Shown here: piece after piece, positions 51,905 to 60,275 of the stretch
Numbering within the stretch: position 1 is the stretch's first letter
Layout: every line of letters begins with the position of its first letter
NCBI GenBank assembly: GCA_022562155.1
Contig: JADFPV010000002.1
Coordinates: forward strand, 9,712 to 73,711
DNA: 64,000 nucleotides
Direction of reading: 5' to 3'
From: Chloroflexota bacterium
Lineage (GTDB): Bacteria; Chloroflexota; Dehalococcoidia; DSTF01; RBG-16-68-14
Notes under the pieces: generated by a model
Database searches by the model: none
The model's input: only the letters and a program-made list of their open reading frames with translations
Told to the model about the DNA's origin: nothing
Translations under genes and position numbers: made by a program

Positions 51905-53953
51905 CTAGCCTTCGAGTGTGAGGTCTTCGAGCGCGTAATCGATCACGATTTGAATGGCGGATGCCGATTCGTCCACGGTGACCGGGAGCGCGAGGTCCAA
52001 GTTTGCGATCAAGCAGATCCCCTCGTCGCCGTAGCGGCAGTAAAACACCGGACCCTGGGCCGTCAGGATCGCGTCGCCGCTCGCGACCTCGACGGGCAGG
52101 ATGAGTTCTATCTCGGTTTCGTCCGTCTCCCAGCTAACGACCGTCGTCTGGAGGTTGAGCGCCGGCGGGTTGGAGCTTGCCAGCATGAGTTCAGACGGCG
52201 CGAGGCTATTGAGTTGGAAGCCTGCCGGCGTGGTGAGCCTGATGCGCAGCTCGGTTGTGTCCGGCCCGACTGTCTGGCCCTCCAACGAAACGCGGATCGT
52301 GTCGCCGTCGCTGGTTTGGGCGATGACGCTTAGGTTGCTGAGCTGTAGCGTCGAAATCGAGCGGTTCGTGAGGCTCCAGGTGCGAATAACGTGATTGTTC
52401 GCGTCGGCGAAGTAGAGCAGATCGCCTGCGCGGCTGATGCCGTTCGGTTCGCTGAGCAGTGCTTCGAGGCCCGCGCCGTCGACGAAGCCTGCTCTCTCGC
52501 CACCCGCGATGGTAACGACCGCATCGCCCGCGGGGTCCACGGTCCGGAGCTTGTGGTTGTACGTATCCGCGACGTATAGTTTGCCATCTGCATAGGCTAT
52601 GCCTTGCGGATGTTCGAACAATGCTGCCGTGCCTGTGCCGTCCTCGTCACCGAAATCGAACAGGCCGGTGCCCACGAGGGTTGTGACGTCTCCGTCTCCT
52701 TCGATCGGCACCATGCGGACGGCGCTAGATTCCGGGTCTGTCCAGTACAGGTTCGTGCCGTCTGAGGTGAGGCCACTGGGCTGAGCGAGCGTGGCCTGCA
52801 GGCGCGGCCCGTCAGCGATCCCCTCCGCGCCGCTGCCGGCGAAGACGGCGATCTGGTTGGTCTCAGTATCGAGTGTCCAAAGCTGGTGCACGCCGGCCAT
52901 GGCGATGTAGAGCGTGCTCTCGTGGAGGACGAGGCCCCATGGGGAGGCGGTAGGCGTCTCCGTGCCGAGCGCGTCGCTCCCGGGAATCGAGTACGCTCGC
53001 TCACCGGTTCCCGCGATCGTATCGACGGTGCCTGCCGAGAGATCGGCGGTGCGGATGAGATGGTTTCGCGTGTCGGCAATGTAGAGCAGGTTCCCGTCTG
53101 GGGAGAGTGCAAGGCCCTGGGGTTGGTCGAATGATGCCTCGTCGTAAGAGCCGTCCGCGCGACCCTGTGCACCGTTGCCGATCACGGCCTGAAGTTCGCC
53201 GTCCAGCGTTGCGATGAGGATACGGTTATGTCCGGCGTCCGAGATGAAGAGGCGGTTACCAACTTCGTCTGCGAGCACCGTAGATGGCTGAGCGAGCACC
53301 GCGGACGTGATCGAGGCGGCTTCGAGATCGATGTCGATTGGCGTGCGGTCGATCAGGTTCGCGGCATCGAAGTCGGCGACGAGGTCCTTAATGGTCGGCT
53401 GAAAGGCGTCGTACACGCCCTCACCCGCACGGCGGCCAACGATACGGCCGTTGGGGTCGATCAAGACTAAGGTTGGCCAGGCGTTGGCGCTGTAGAGCGA
53501 CCAGATGATGAAATCGGGGTCGTTGACGACTGGGTGCGTTAGCCCGTAGCGGACCGTGGACTGCTTGACGCTTGCGTCCTCTTGCTCGCGATCGTACTTG
53601 CCGGAATGGACGCCGATCACGAGAAGCGCATGGCCGAATTCTTCCTCAAGGCGGTCCAGGTCTGGAACGATCTGCTGACAGTTGATGCAGCCGGACGTCC
53701 AGAAATCGAGGAGCACGACTTTGCCACGTAACTGTTCGAGCGTGAGCGGACTTGCGACGTTGAACCATGTGTGGCCGCCCGGAAACTCTGGCGCCTCTGG
53801 CAGCGTATCCGAGATCGCGACGAAGCTATCGTCGTCGGACTCCTCGCGGGCTTCCTCAACCAGTGGTGTCTCAAGCTGTGGGGTCGAATCACTGCACGCG
53901 ATAGCCACCAGGGCGACTGCCGCGAACATCAGGAGCCAGATCCGCGTTCGCAT
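51905..53953 (-). CDS. Extracytoplasmic thioredoxin-like + 6x NHL-repeat beta-propeller + C-terminal beta domain protein (NHLRC2-like architecture), probable lipoprotein
   Basis: Signal + lipobox (VALVAIACSDS). The thioredoxin/AhpC-TSA region is VVLLDFWTSGCINCQQIVPDL. NHL repeats include YISDAGHNRILIATLDG, YIADTRNHLIRTADL, YWTDPESSAVRMV, YVADTYNHKLRTV and YFADANNHVIRTWS. Confidence 0.8.
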   Translation of the reverse strand: MRTRIWLLMFAAVALVAIACSDSTPQLETPLVEEAREESDDDSFVAISDTLPEAPEFPGGHTWFNVASPLTLEQLRGKVVLLDFWTSGCINCQQIVPDLDRLEEEFGHALLVIGVHSGKYDREQEDASVKQSTVRYGLTHPVVNDPDFIIWSLYSANAWPTLVLIDPNGRIVGRRAGEGVYDAFQPTIKDLVADFDAANLIDRTPIDIDLEAASITSAVLAQPSTVLADEVGNRLFISDAGHNRILIATLDGELQAVIGNGAQGRADGSYDEASFDQPQGLALSPDGNLLYIADTRNHLIRTADLSAGTVDTIAGTGERAYSIPGSDALGTETPTASPWGLVLHESTLYIAMAGVHQLWTLDTETNQIAVFAGSGAEGIADGPRLQATLAQPSGLTSDGTNLYWTDPESSAVRMVPIEGDGDVTTLVGTGLFDFGDEDGTGTAALFEHPQGIAYADGKLYVADTYNHKLRTVDPAGDAVVTIAGGERAGFVDGAGLEALLSEPNGISRAGDLLYFADANNHVIRTWSLTNRSISTLQLSNLSVIAQTSDGDTIRVSLEGQTVGPDTTELRIRLTTPAGFQLNSLAPSELMLASSNPPALNLQTTVVSWETDETEIELILPVEVASGDAILTAQGPVFYCRYGDEGICLIANLDLALPVTVDESASAIQIVIDYALEDLTLEG

Positions 53954-54118
53954 GCTTCTAGGGTACCAGAGGTAGGTTACGATTCCCTTACGCGCGTCGC
54001 GTCACACCGAAACGCGAACCTGGTATACGAAGGCCCGGGCTCACCGAGGAAGAGGCCGGGATACAAAGAGGTGTTGTGAATTGGTAGCAACGAGAGGCAG
54101 TCTGGAAGCCTATCTTGG

Positions 54119-55348
54119 CTAGTTGGTGAGCGAGTTCCAGTCGATTGGTGCTGAGATGTCTAACGTGCGGGTGACGGGCGGCAGCGGGTACTTGAGCCCG
54201 GTCGCGCAATTGAACAAGACGGCCTGATCCGAGACCGAGATGAGGCCTGATGAAAGCGACTCTTCGTACGCGGCATAGGTCGCGGCGCCTTCCGGACAGA
54301 GCAGCAGCCCGTGTTCGCTGGCGACGCGGGCCTGGGCCTCTTCGATCGCTTCGTCGGAGACGGCGATCGCGTAGCCGTTGCTTTCGCGGACTGCCCGCAG
54401 GATGAGGAAGTCGCCGATTGCGGACGGGACGCGGATGCCGGCCGCGACGGTGTGGGCGTCCTCCCAGCGCTCTGCGTGGTCCGCGCCGTCTTGCCAAGCT
54501 TTAACGATGGGTGCGCAGCCTTCCGCCTGAACGGCGACCATACGAGGCAGCTTGTCGCCGATCCAGCCGATGGCTTGTAACTCCGCGAACGCTTTCCACA
54601 TGCCAATCAGGCCGGTGCCGCCACCGGTTGGATAGAAGATGACGTCCGGCAGCTCCCAGCCGAATTGTTCTGCCAGCTCCAGCCCCATCGTCTTCTTGCC
54701 CTCGATGCGATAGGGCTCCTTGAGCGTCGACATGTCGAACCAGTCCATACGTTCCTGGCCCTCGCCGACGATACGCCCGCACTCGTCAATCAGAGCGTCG
54801 ACGCGCCAGACGTTTGCCCCCTGATAAGCGATCTCGCGGACGTTGATCTCGGGCGTATCGCTGGGGCAGAAGACGAACGACTCGATGCCAGCATTGGTGG
54901 CATAGGCCGCGAGGGCGGCGCCGGCGTTGCCATTCGTGGGCATGGCGATCCGCCCGATGCCGAATTCCTTTGCCATGCTCACGGCGACCGTGATGCCCCG
55001 GGCCTTGAACGAACCGGTCGGCAGCCGGCTTTCATCCTTCACAAGGACTGAGCCGCCCAATGCTAGGAGAGGCGTTACGGGTTCGCCGAGCGACACGATG
55101 TCCTCGGTGCGGCGAACGGGAAGGAATTCCCGATAACGCCAGAGGCCGGCCGGGCGCGCCGCAAGTGTCTCCTTGTCGATCGCGTCCGCGATGCCCTCGA
55201 GATCGTAACGAACGAGAAGAGGCTTGCCATCGTCAGAGAGGTTGTGGAGCTGATCTGCTGGATAGCGCTTCCCCGTCGCGCTGCATTCGAGGTGCGTGAC
55301 GAAGGTTGGGCGATCTTCGGTGAGGTTCGTAGCGTGGGGAGCCGTCAA
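54119..55348 (-). CDS. thrC: Threonine synthase
   Basis: PLP-dependent fold-II enzyme. The N-terminus ...HLECSATGKRYPADQ...LVRYDLEG... and the length (409 aa) fit ThrC. Confidence 0.8.
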   Translation of the reverse strand: MTAPHATNLTEDRPTFVTHLECSATGKRYPADQLHNLSDDGKPLLVRYDLEGIADAIDKETLAARPAGLWRYREFLPVRRTEDIVSLGEPVTPLLALGGSVLVKDESRLPTGSFKARGITVAVSMAKEFGIGRIAMPTNGNAGAALAAYATNAGIESFVFCPSDTPEINVREIAYQGANVWRVDALIDECGRIVGEGQERMDWFDMSTLKEPYRIEGKKTMGLELAEQFGWELPDVIFYPTGGGTGLIGMWKAFAELQAIGWIGDKLPRMVAVQAEGCAPIVKAWQDGADHAERWEDAHTVAAGIRVPSAIGDFLILRAVRESNGYAIAVSDEAIEEAQARVASEHGLLLCPEGAATYAAYEESLSSGLISVSDQAVLFNCATGLKYPLPPVTRTLDISAPIDWNSLTN

Positions 55349-55352
55349 CGGG

Positions 55353-56222
55353 CTAAAGCGTGGTGATGGGGCGGCACTGGAGCAGGTAGAGCGTGCCCTG
55401 AGCGATAGCGCACTCGATGTCTACTGGGTGACCGGTCGCCTGTTCTAGCTTCACTGCCATCTCGGCCATCTCGATAGCCTGCTCATCGTTCAGGGTTGGC
55501 TCCTCGCTGAGCAGCTTCGGAACCGGCACTTCCTTCGTCCCTTCAGGGACCATCACGGTCATCTGCTCCTTCTTCGCAACCTGACGGGATGTCACAGACA
55601 GGTCTGACTTGCGAACGACGTATGTATCGGGCGTGACGGTGCCGCCGACTAAGCTCTCGCCGAGGCCCCAGCTAGCGTTGATGACGATCTCATCCGCGTT
55701 CTTGGTGAGGGGGTTTGTGCTGAAGATGATAGCGGAGACGTCGGACGCGATGAGCTGCTGGACGAGGATGCCGATCCTGATTCCCTCGACGAGGAGCCCC
55801 TGTCGCTTACGGTAGGCCAGCGCCCCGGGCGAGATGGCGGAATCACGACAGCGAAGGACGGCCTCGAGGAGCGCCACCTCGCCGCGCACGTTTAGATAGG
55901 TATCGTGCTGGCCAGCGAACGATGCGCCGGCCGCGTCTTCGTCGATCGCGGAAGAGCGTACGGCGACACTGAGGTCCGGTTCGCCAGCGTCCTTGCCGAG
56001 TTCGCCGTAGGCTTCATGAATCGCGTTGATGGTTGTATCCGGTAGAGCTTCCGAGCGGGCTTCCAACGCGGGGATTGCGAAGCCCGGAGGTACGGTGTGC
56101 AGCTTCGCCAGCCTGCTGAGGCTAGCCGCCTTGCCGCCCACTACGTGCGTGTGGTGGCATTCCTCCTGTCCGAGCCAATGTACAACTGACATGCGATCTC
56201 TCCCGCTGGCGCAATGTACCAC
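55353..56222 (-). CDS. PEP/pyruvate-binding ATP-grasp domain protein (PPDK_N, the PEP-synthase/rifampin-phosphotransferase N-terminal domain only)
   Basis: ...VVGGKAASLSRL...VAVRSSAIDEDAAGASFAGQHDTYLNV... is the classic PPDK_N signature. Only 289 aa, with no swivel-His domain. Confidence 0.8.
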   Translation of the reverse strand: MVHCASGRDRMSVVHWLGQEECHHTHVVGGKAASLSRLAKLHTVPPGFAIPALEARSEALPDTTINAIHEAYGELGKDAGEPDLSVAVRSSAIDEDAAGASFAGQHDTYLNVRGEVALLEAVLRCRDSAISPGALAYRKRQGLLVEGIRIGILVQQLIASDVSAIIFSTNPLTKNADEIVINASWGLGESLVGGTVTPDTYVVRKSDLSVTSRQVAKKEQMTVMVPEGTKEVPVPKLLSEEPTLNDEQAIEMAEMAVKLEQATGHPVDIECAIAQGTLYLLQCRPITTL

Positions 56223-56318
56223 GCTAGCTTACGTGTTACAATCGCCCGCGACGCCTTTCATGGGCGTGTTTACGGCCAATCGGCAGAAGTATCTTCGACA
56301 GGAGGGGAAGAGCACGTG

Positions 56319-58004
56319 ATGACCCAAGAGAAAGACGCGCCAAACGCACCAGGACCAATTCCAACGCCACCGGAGTTTCCCGTGACTTGGGAGAAGCCCG
56401 AGTTCGAAGAGATGCTTTGGAACCAGGACAGGATGCACTTTCCAGAGCCTGCGCCGCCGATGCAGGAAGCGTTTGCGCAGTCGTTTAACGAGGGCGTCAA
56501 GCGAGCCTCTGCCTTCTACGGCCTGCCAATCACGCTCCTGTTCACACGGATAAATACGTACTACTACACGTGCGCGGCGCCTACCGTTGCGCTGGAGCAG
56601 ATGGAAGCTGCAGGAGAAAAATCGGCTGACGCGATAGGCGGAGCCATGGGACGGCTTCAGGAGTGGTGGGAAGGCGAACTCCTGCCCGAAGTCCAGGAGA
56701 GCCTTAAGTGGTGGGAGGACTTCGATCTAGGAGGCGCCTCAATGCCGGACCTGCTGGCCCACCTGGACGAGACACTGAGGAGATTGACCCGGTTCTGGGA
56801 CATTCACTTCCTCGTAGCGTTCCCGTTCTTGGCCGGGCCGAGCCTGTTCGCTGATCTCTATGAGGACCTGTTCGCGGACAAGGGGTCTCTGGGCGCGTAC
56901 AAGCTGCTGCAAGGGTTCGGTAACAAGACTGTCGATGGCGGCCACGCGCTCTGGGAGCTGAGTCGAAAGGCTCTCGAGGATGAGAACGTCGCGAGCGTGA
57001 TTCGCGAGAACGAGGCTCCTGACGTTCCACAGGTGCTTGAGCAGTCGGACGCCGGGAAGGCGCTGCTTGTCGAGTTGGGGGACTTCCTGGAGGAGTTCGG
57101 CCAGCGCAGCGACCGCTTCGCGGACCTGAGCAGTCCTGGGTGGATCGAGAATCCGGTGACGGCGATTCAAAACATTAAGAACTTCATGGTCGAAACCGAC
57201 CGCGATATGCCGTCCGAGATACAGAAGCTCGCTACAGAGCGTGAGGAGCTGATCGCGGAAGCGCGGGAGGCGCTCAAGGGTTACCCGGAGAAGGTACGCG
57301 GCCAGTTCGAGTTTTTGCTTAAGGCGGCGCATGCCGGCACGATCATCCAGGAGGACCACAACTACTGGATCGACCAGCGCGGCTCGTACAAGGTCCGCCG
57401 CGTGATCCTCGAGTTTGGCAACCGCTTCGCGAAGGCCGATGTCATCGACGATCCCGAAGATGTCTTCCTGCTGACGCTGGACGAGCTGCGCAAGACGGCC
57501 GGCTCTATGTCCGATGATCACCGCGCGGCAGTGGCAGAGCGCCGGGCGGAGATGGAGCACTTCGCCACGATCCGGCCGCCCGACGTGATCGGCACTCCGC
57601 CAACCACGCCTCCACCGGAGAATCCAATCATGAAAGCGTTTGGCCGCTTCTCGGGCGGGCCGCCGCCGGCCTCTGAGGACCCGAACGTCATCAATGGCAA
57701 TCCGTGCTCGCCTGGTAAGGCGACCGGCACGGCGAAGGTCGTGATGTCGCTCGCCGAGGCCGACAAGCTGAAGCCGGGCGACATCATGATCGCGCCCGCA
57801 ACGATGCCGGCCTGGACGCCGCTCTTCGCCACGATTGCCGCTGTCGTGACGGATGCTGGAGGCGTCCTGAGCCACGCGGGAATCGTTGCGCGTGAGTACA
57901 ATATCCCGGCCGTCCTAGGCACTGGTAGGGCGACCTCCGACATCAAAGATGGTCAGCAGGTGGAGGTGGATGGTGACGCAGGAGTCGTGCGCGTCATCTC
58001 CTGA
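56319..58004 (+). CDS. PEP-utilizing enzyme, central (substrate-binding-like) region + C-terminal phosphohistidine swivel domain
   Basis: Start at the ATG at 56319 after GGAGGGGAAG. The C-terminus GDIMIAPATMPAWTPLFATIAAVVTDAGGVLSHAGIVAREYNIPAVLG is the PEP-utilizers mobile domain with the catalytic His. Transcribed divergently from the PPDK_N gene. Confidence 0.8.
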   Translation: MTQEKDAPNAPGPIPTPPEFPVTWEKPEFEEMLWNQDRMHFPEPAPPMQEAFAQSFNEGVKRASAFYGLPITLLFTRINTYYYTCAAPTVALEQMEAAGEKSADAIGGAMGRLQEWWEGELLPEVQESLKWWEDFDLGGASMPDLLAHLDETLRRLTRFWDIHFLVAFPFLAGPSLFADLYEDLFADKGSLGAYKLLQGFGNKTVDGGHALWELSRKALEDENVASVIRENEAPDVPQVLEQSDAGKALLVELGDFLEEFGQRSDRFADLSSPGWIENPVTAIQNIKNFMVETDRDMPSEIQKLATEREELIAEAREALKGYPEKVRGQFEFLLKAAHAGTIIQEDHNYWIDQRGSYKVRRVILEFGNRFAKADVIDDPEDVFLLTLDELRKTAGSMSDDHRAAVAERRAEMEHFATIRPPDVIGTPPTTPPPENPIMKAFGRFSGGPPPASEDPNVINGNPCSPGKATGTAKVVMSLAEADKLKPGDIMIAPATMPAWTPLFATIAAVVTDAGGVLSHAGIVAREYNIPAVLGTGRATSDIKDGQQVEVDGDAGVVRVIS

Positions 58005-58025
58005 TCCGGACGCGGGTTCACCCGC

Positions 58026-59417
58026 GTGAACCAGGCCACACCCCAACTGGAGACGCGCCACTACCTATTGCTGGTCGGCGTGGCGCTTGGCGGCATCCTC
58101 GCGCCCCTTAACTCGACGATGATCGCCGTCGCGCTGCCCGAGCTGCGCGAGGACTTCGACATCAGCCACGGGACGATCGCTTGGCTCGTGTCGGCCTACC
58201 TGATCGCGATGGCCGTGGCGCAGCCGGCGGGTGGCAGGATCAGCGATCAGTTAGGGCGGGCGCGGGTCTATCGCCTGGGCCTATTCGCCTTCCTCGCCTG
58301 CTCGCTCGCCGCGATGTTCTCGCCGAATTTCACCGTTCTGGTGGTCTTCCGGACTGGTCAGGCACTAGCGGGCGCCGTGCTGATCCCGAACGGCATGGCG
58401 ATGCTACGTGAGAGCGTACCGGTGGGCATGCTGGGGCGCATCAACGGGCTCAATGGGGCGCTGATTGGCACCTCTGCGGCCGCTGGGCCGGTGATCGGGG
58501 CGGGGTTGCTCGCGCTGGGGTCTTGGCGGCTGCTCTTTCTGGTGAACGTGCCCGTGGTCGCTATGGCGCTGCTGTTGCTGATCTGGATCCCATACAAGGA
58601 CAGGCCGAGCGAAGGGCGGCTTAAGCTCGACTGGCAGGGAGCCGCCCTTTTCGCCGTTGTGCTCGTCGCGCTGACGTATCTGTTCAGTTCGCTCAGAGTC
58701 GACCGAGACGTGATCATCCTAAGCCTTGTGGCGGCGGTTCTTACGGTGTTCGGAGCCGCGTTCGCGTGGAGGCAGTTCACCGCGGACCTGCCGATCGTAC
58801 AGTGGAGGCTGTTCCGGCTGCGCACGTTTGTCGGGGCCACGAGTCATGTGATGCTGACGAATCTTGTTATGTACACGACACTGCTCGCCATCCCGTTCTT
58901 CATCCGCGATGTACAGGACGGTGGTTCTACAAGGAGCGGCCTCCTGTTGGGATCGATGTCGATCCTGATGGCGGTCGTCGCGCCGATCAGCGGCCGGGTC
59001 GCGGATGCTGTGGGACGACGTTGGCCCGCCCTGGCGGGCTCGTTCTGCGCTCTAGCAGCCAGCGTGTACTTGCTGGTCGGACTCGATGAGGACGTGTCGT
59101 TTATCTATCTTGCGTTCGGTCTGGCGCTGCTAGGGCTGGGTGTGGGGTTAGGCTTTGGATCGGCAACGACGGCAGCGATCGAGTCGGCGCCGAGGTCGCT
59201 GGCGGGATCGGCGGCGGGGACGAGCTCGATGATGCGCTACGTGGGCAGTATCGTTGGGGCCGGCTTGCTATCAGGAATCTTGAACACGAGCGGCGGGTCG
59301 GTCCCGGGGATCGACACATTCCGTCTGATCATGGGACTCGTCGCTGCGTTCGCGGCGCTATCCATCATCTCGGCGTCACAGATACACCTCTTTCCGCGAG
59401 AAGAAGCTGACCTCTAG
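58026..59417 (+). CDS. MFS transporter (DHA2-like, 14-TM drug:H+ antiporter family)
   Basis: Polytopic. MFS motif A-like GRISDQLGRARVYRLG is present. 463 aa. Confidence 0.8.
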   Translation: MNQATPQLETRHYLLLVGVALGGILAPLNSTMIAVALPELREDFDISHGTIAWLVSAYLIAMAVAQPAGGRISDQLGRARVYRLGLFAFLACSLAAMFSPNFTVLVVFRTGQALAGAVLIPNGMAMLRESVPVGMLGRINGLNGALIGTSAAAGPVIGAGLLALGSWRLLFLVNVPVVAMALLLLIWIPYKDRPSEGRLKLDWQGAALFAVVLVALTYLFSSLRVDRDVIILSLVAAVLTVFGAAFAWRQFTADLPIVQWRLFRLRTFVGATSHVMLTNLVMYTTLLAIPFFIRDVQDGGSTRSGLLLGSMSILMAVVAPISGRVADAVGRRWPALAGSFCALAASVYLLVGLDEDVSFIYLAFGLALLGLGVGLGFGSATTAAIESAPRSLAGSAAGTSSMMRYVGSIVGAGLLSGILNTSGGSVPGIDTFRLIMGLVAAFAALSIISASQIHLFPREEADL

Positions 59418-59463
59418 CGGATTCGCAAGCACTGGTAACCAGCCGGAAACTACTTTCGCAAAA

Positions 59464-60193
59464 CTAAAGCTGTACGAATCGCGTCCCGAGCGCGAGGTGC
59501 TGTTCGTCCGGCAGCGACAAGATCCTGTCCGACCGTACTTCGATCGCGAGCGGTTCGTTCTCAGCGTCCTCTTCGATTGTGACGGCAACTCGCATCGGTG
59601 AGCTGGGCCACGTGAAGACCAACTCGCCCTCTTGCTCCGTCACCTCGCCGCTTAGCAGCTCGCCCCACAGACGTCGGGCGGCCGCCGAATCGTTGGCGCG
59701 AATCCGCAGGCCGACGATCGTGATGGCCGCCGGCGGGTCCGCCGGTTCCAGTGGCGGCCTCAACGTTCGGATGCTCCCAGTCGCCGTCATGGTCGTGGTG
59801 GGTCTCCTGAACGAGCTGCACGACGATGCCCATCGCGCTCTTAGGGTGGAGGAACGCCTCCTGCCAGTACTCGTGGCTGTCGTCATACCCGACGACCGAA
59901 AATCCGAGTTTTTCGGCGAGGTCGCACGTCTTGCGCAGCGACTCGACCTCGAAATTAACGTGGTGGATGCTGGGGCCACGACGGTCGAGGTGCCGGTGAA
60001 CGAACCCGCCCTCCGGCCCATCGGGCTCGATGATCTCGATGCGGCCGCCTCCCTCGAAGTCCCAGTGCCACCAACTGAAGTCGCCGCTGGGCCCGCCGTA
60101 GCCGCTGATGCCGCCCAACTCGCCTACCAGGAACTCAGGGGCGTCCACGACTTTGTGAGTCGCAATGGCAATGTGATCGAAGACTGTTGGCAT
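59464..60193 (-). pseudogene. VOC (glyoxalase/bleomycin-resistance/dioxygenase) family gene with a probable frameshift between the N- and C-terminal modules
   Basis: Frame A runs 60193 to about 59770 (MPTVFDHIAIATHKV...GIVVQLVQETHHD). Frame B runs about 59740 to 59464 (...ITIVGLRIRANDSAAARRLWGELLSGEV...). Both look protein-like. Frame A continues as Arg/Gly junk down to 59561. Confidence 0.4.
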
Positions 60194-60275
60194 GTAGAAG
60201 CCTTTCACTTGGTTGCTGGGACGAGTAAGTGTAGCGACTGCGGTGTTCGCGTAGAATGTACCACTGGAACGAACC

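Noticed and set aside
53954-54118. tRNA or small RNA in the 165-bp spacer before thrC
   Set aside because: No cloverleaf-compatible acceptor and T-arm pairing, and no GGTTCGAATCC-like T-loop. I found no tRNA-like sequence anywhere in the window.
56739-57875. 378-aa minus-strand ORF
   Set aside because: It is antisense to the PEP-utilizing enzyme gene, whose swivel-domain signature is unambiguous.
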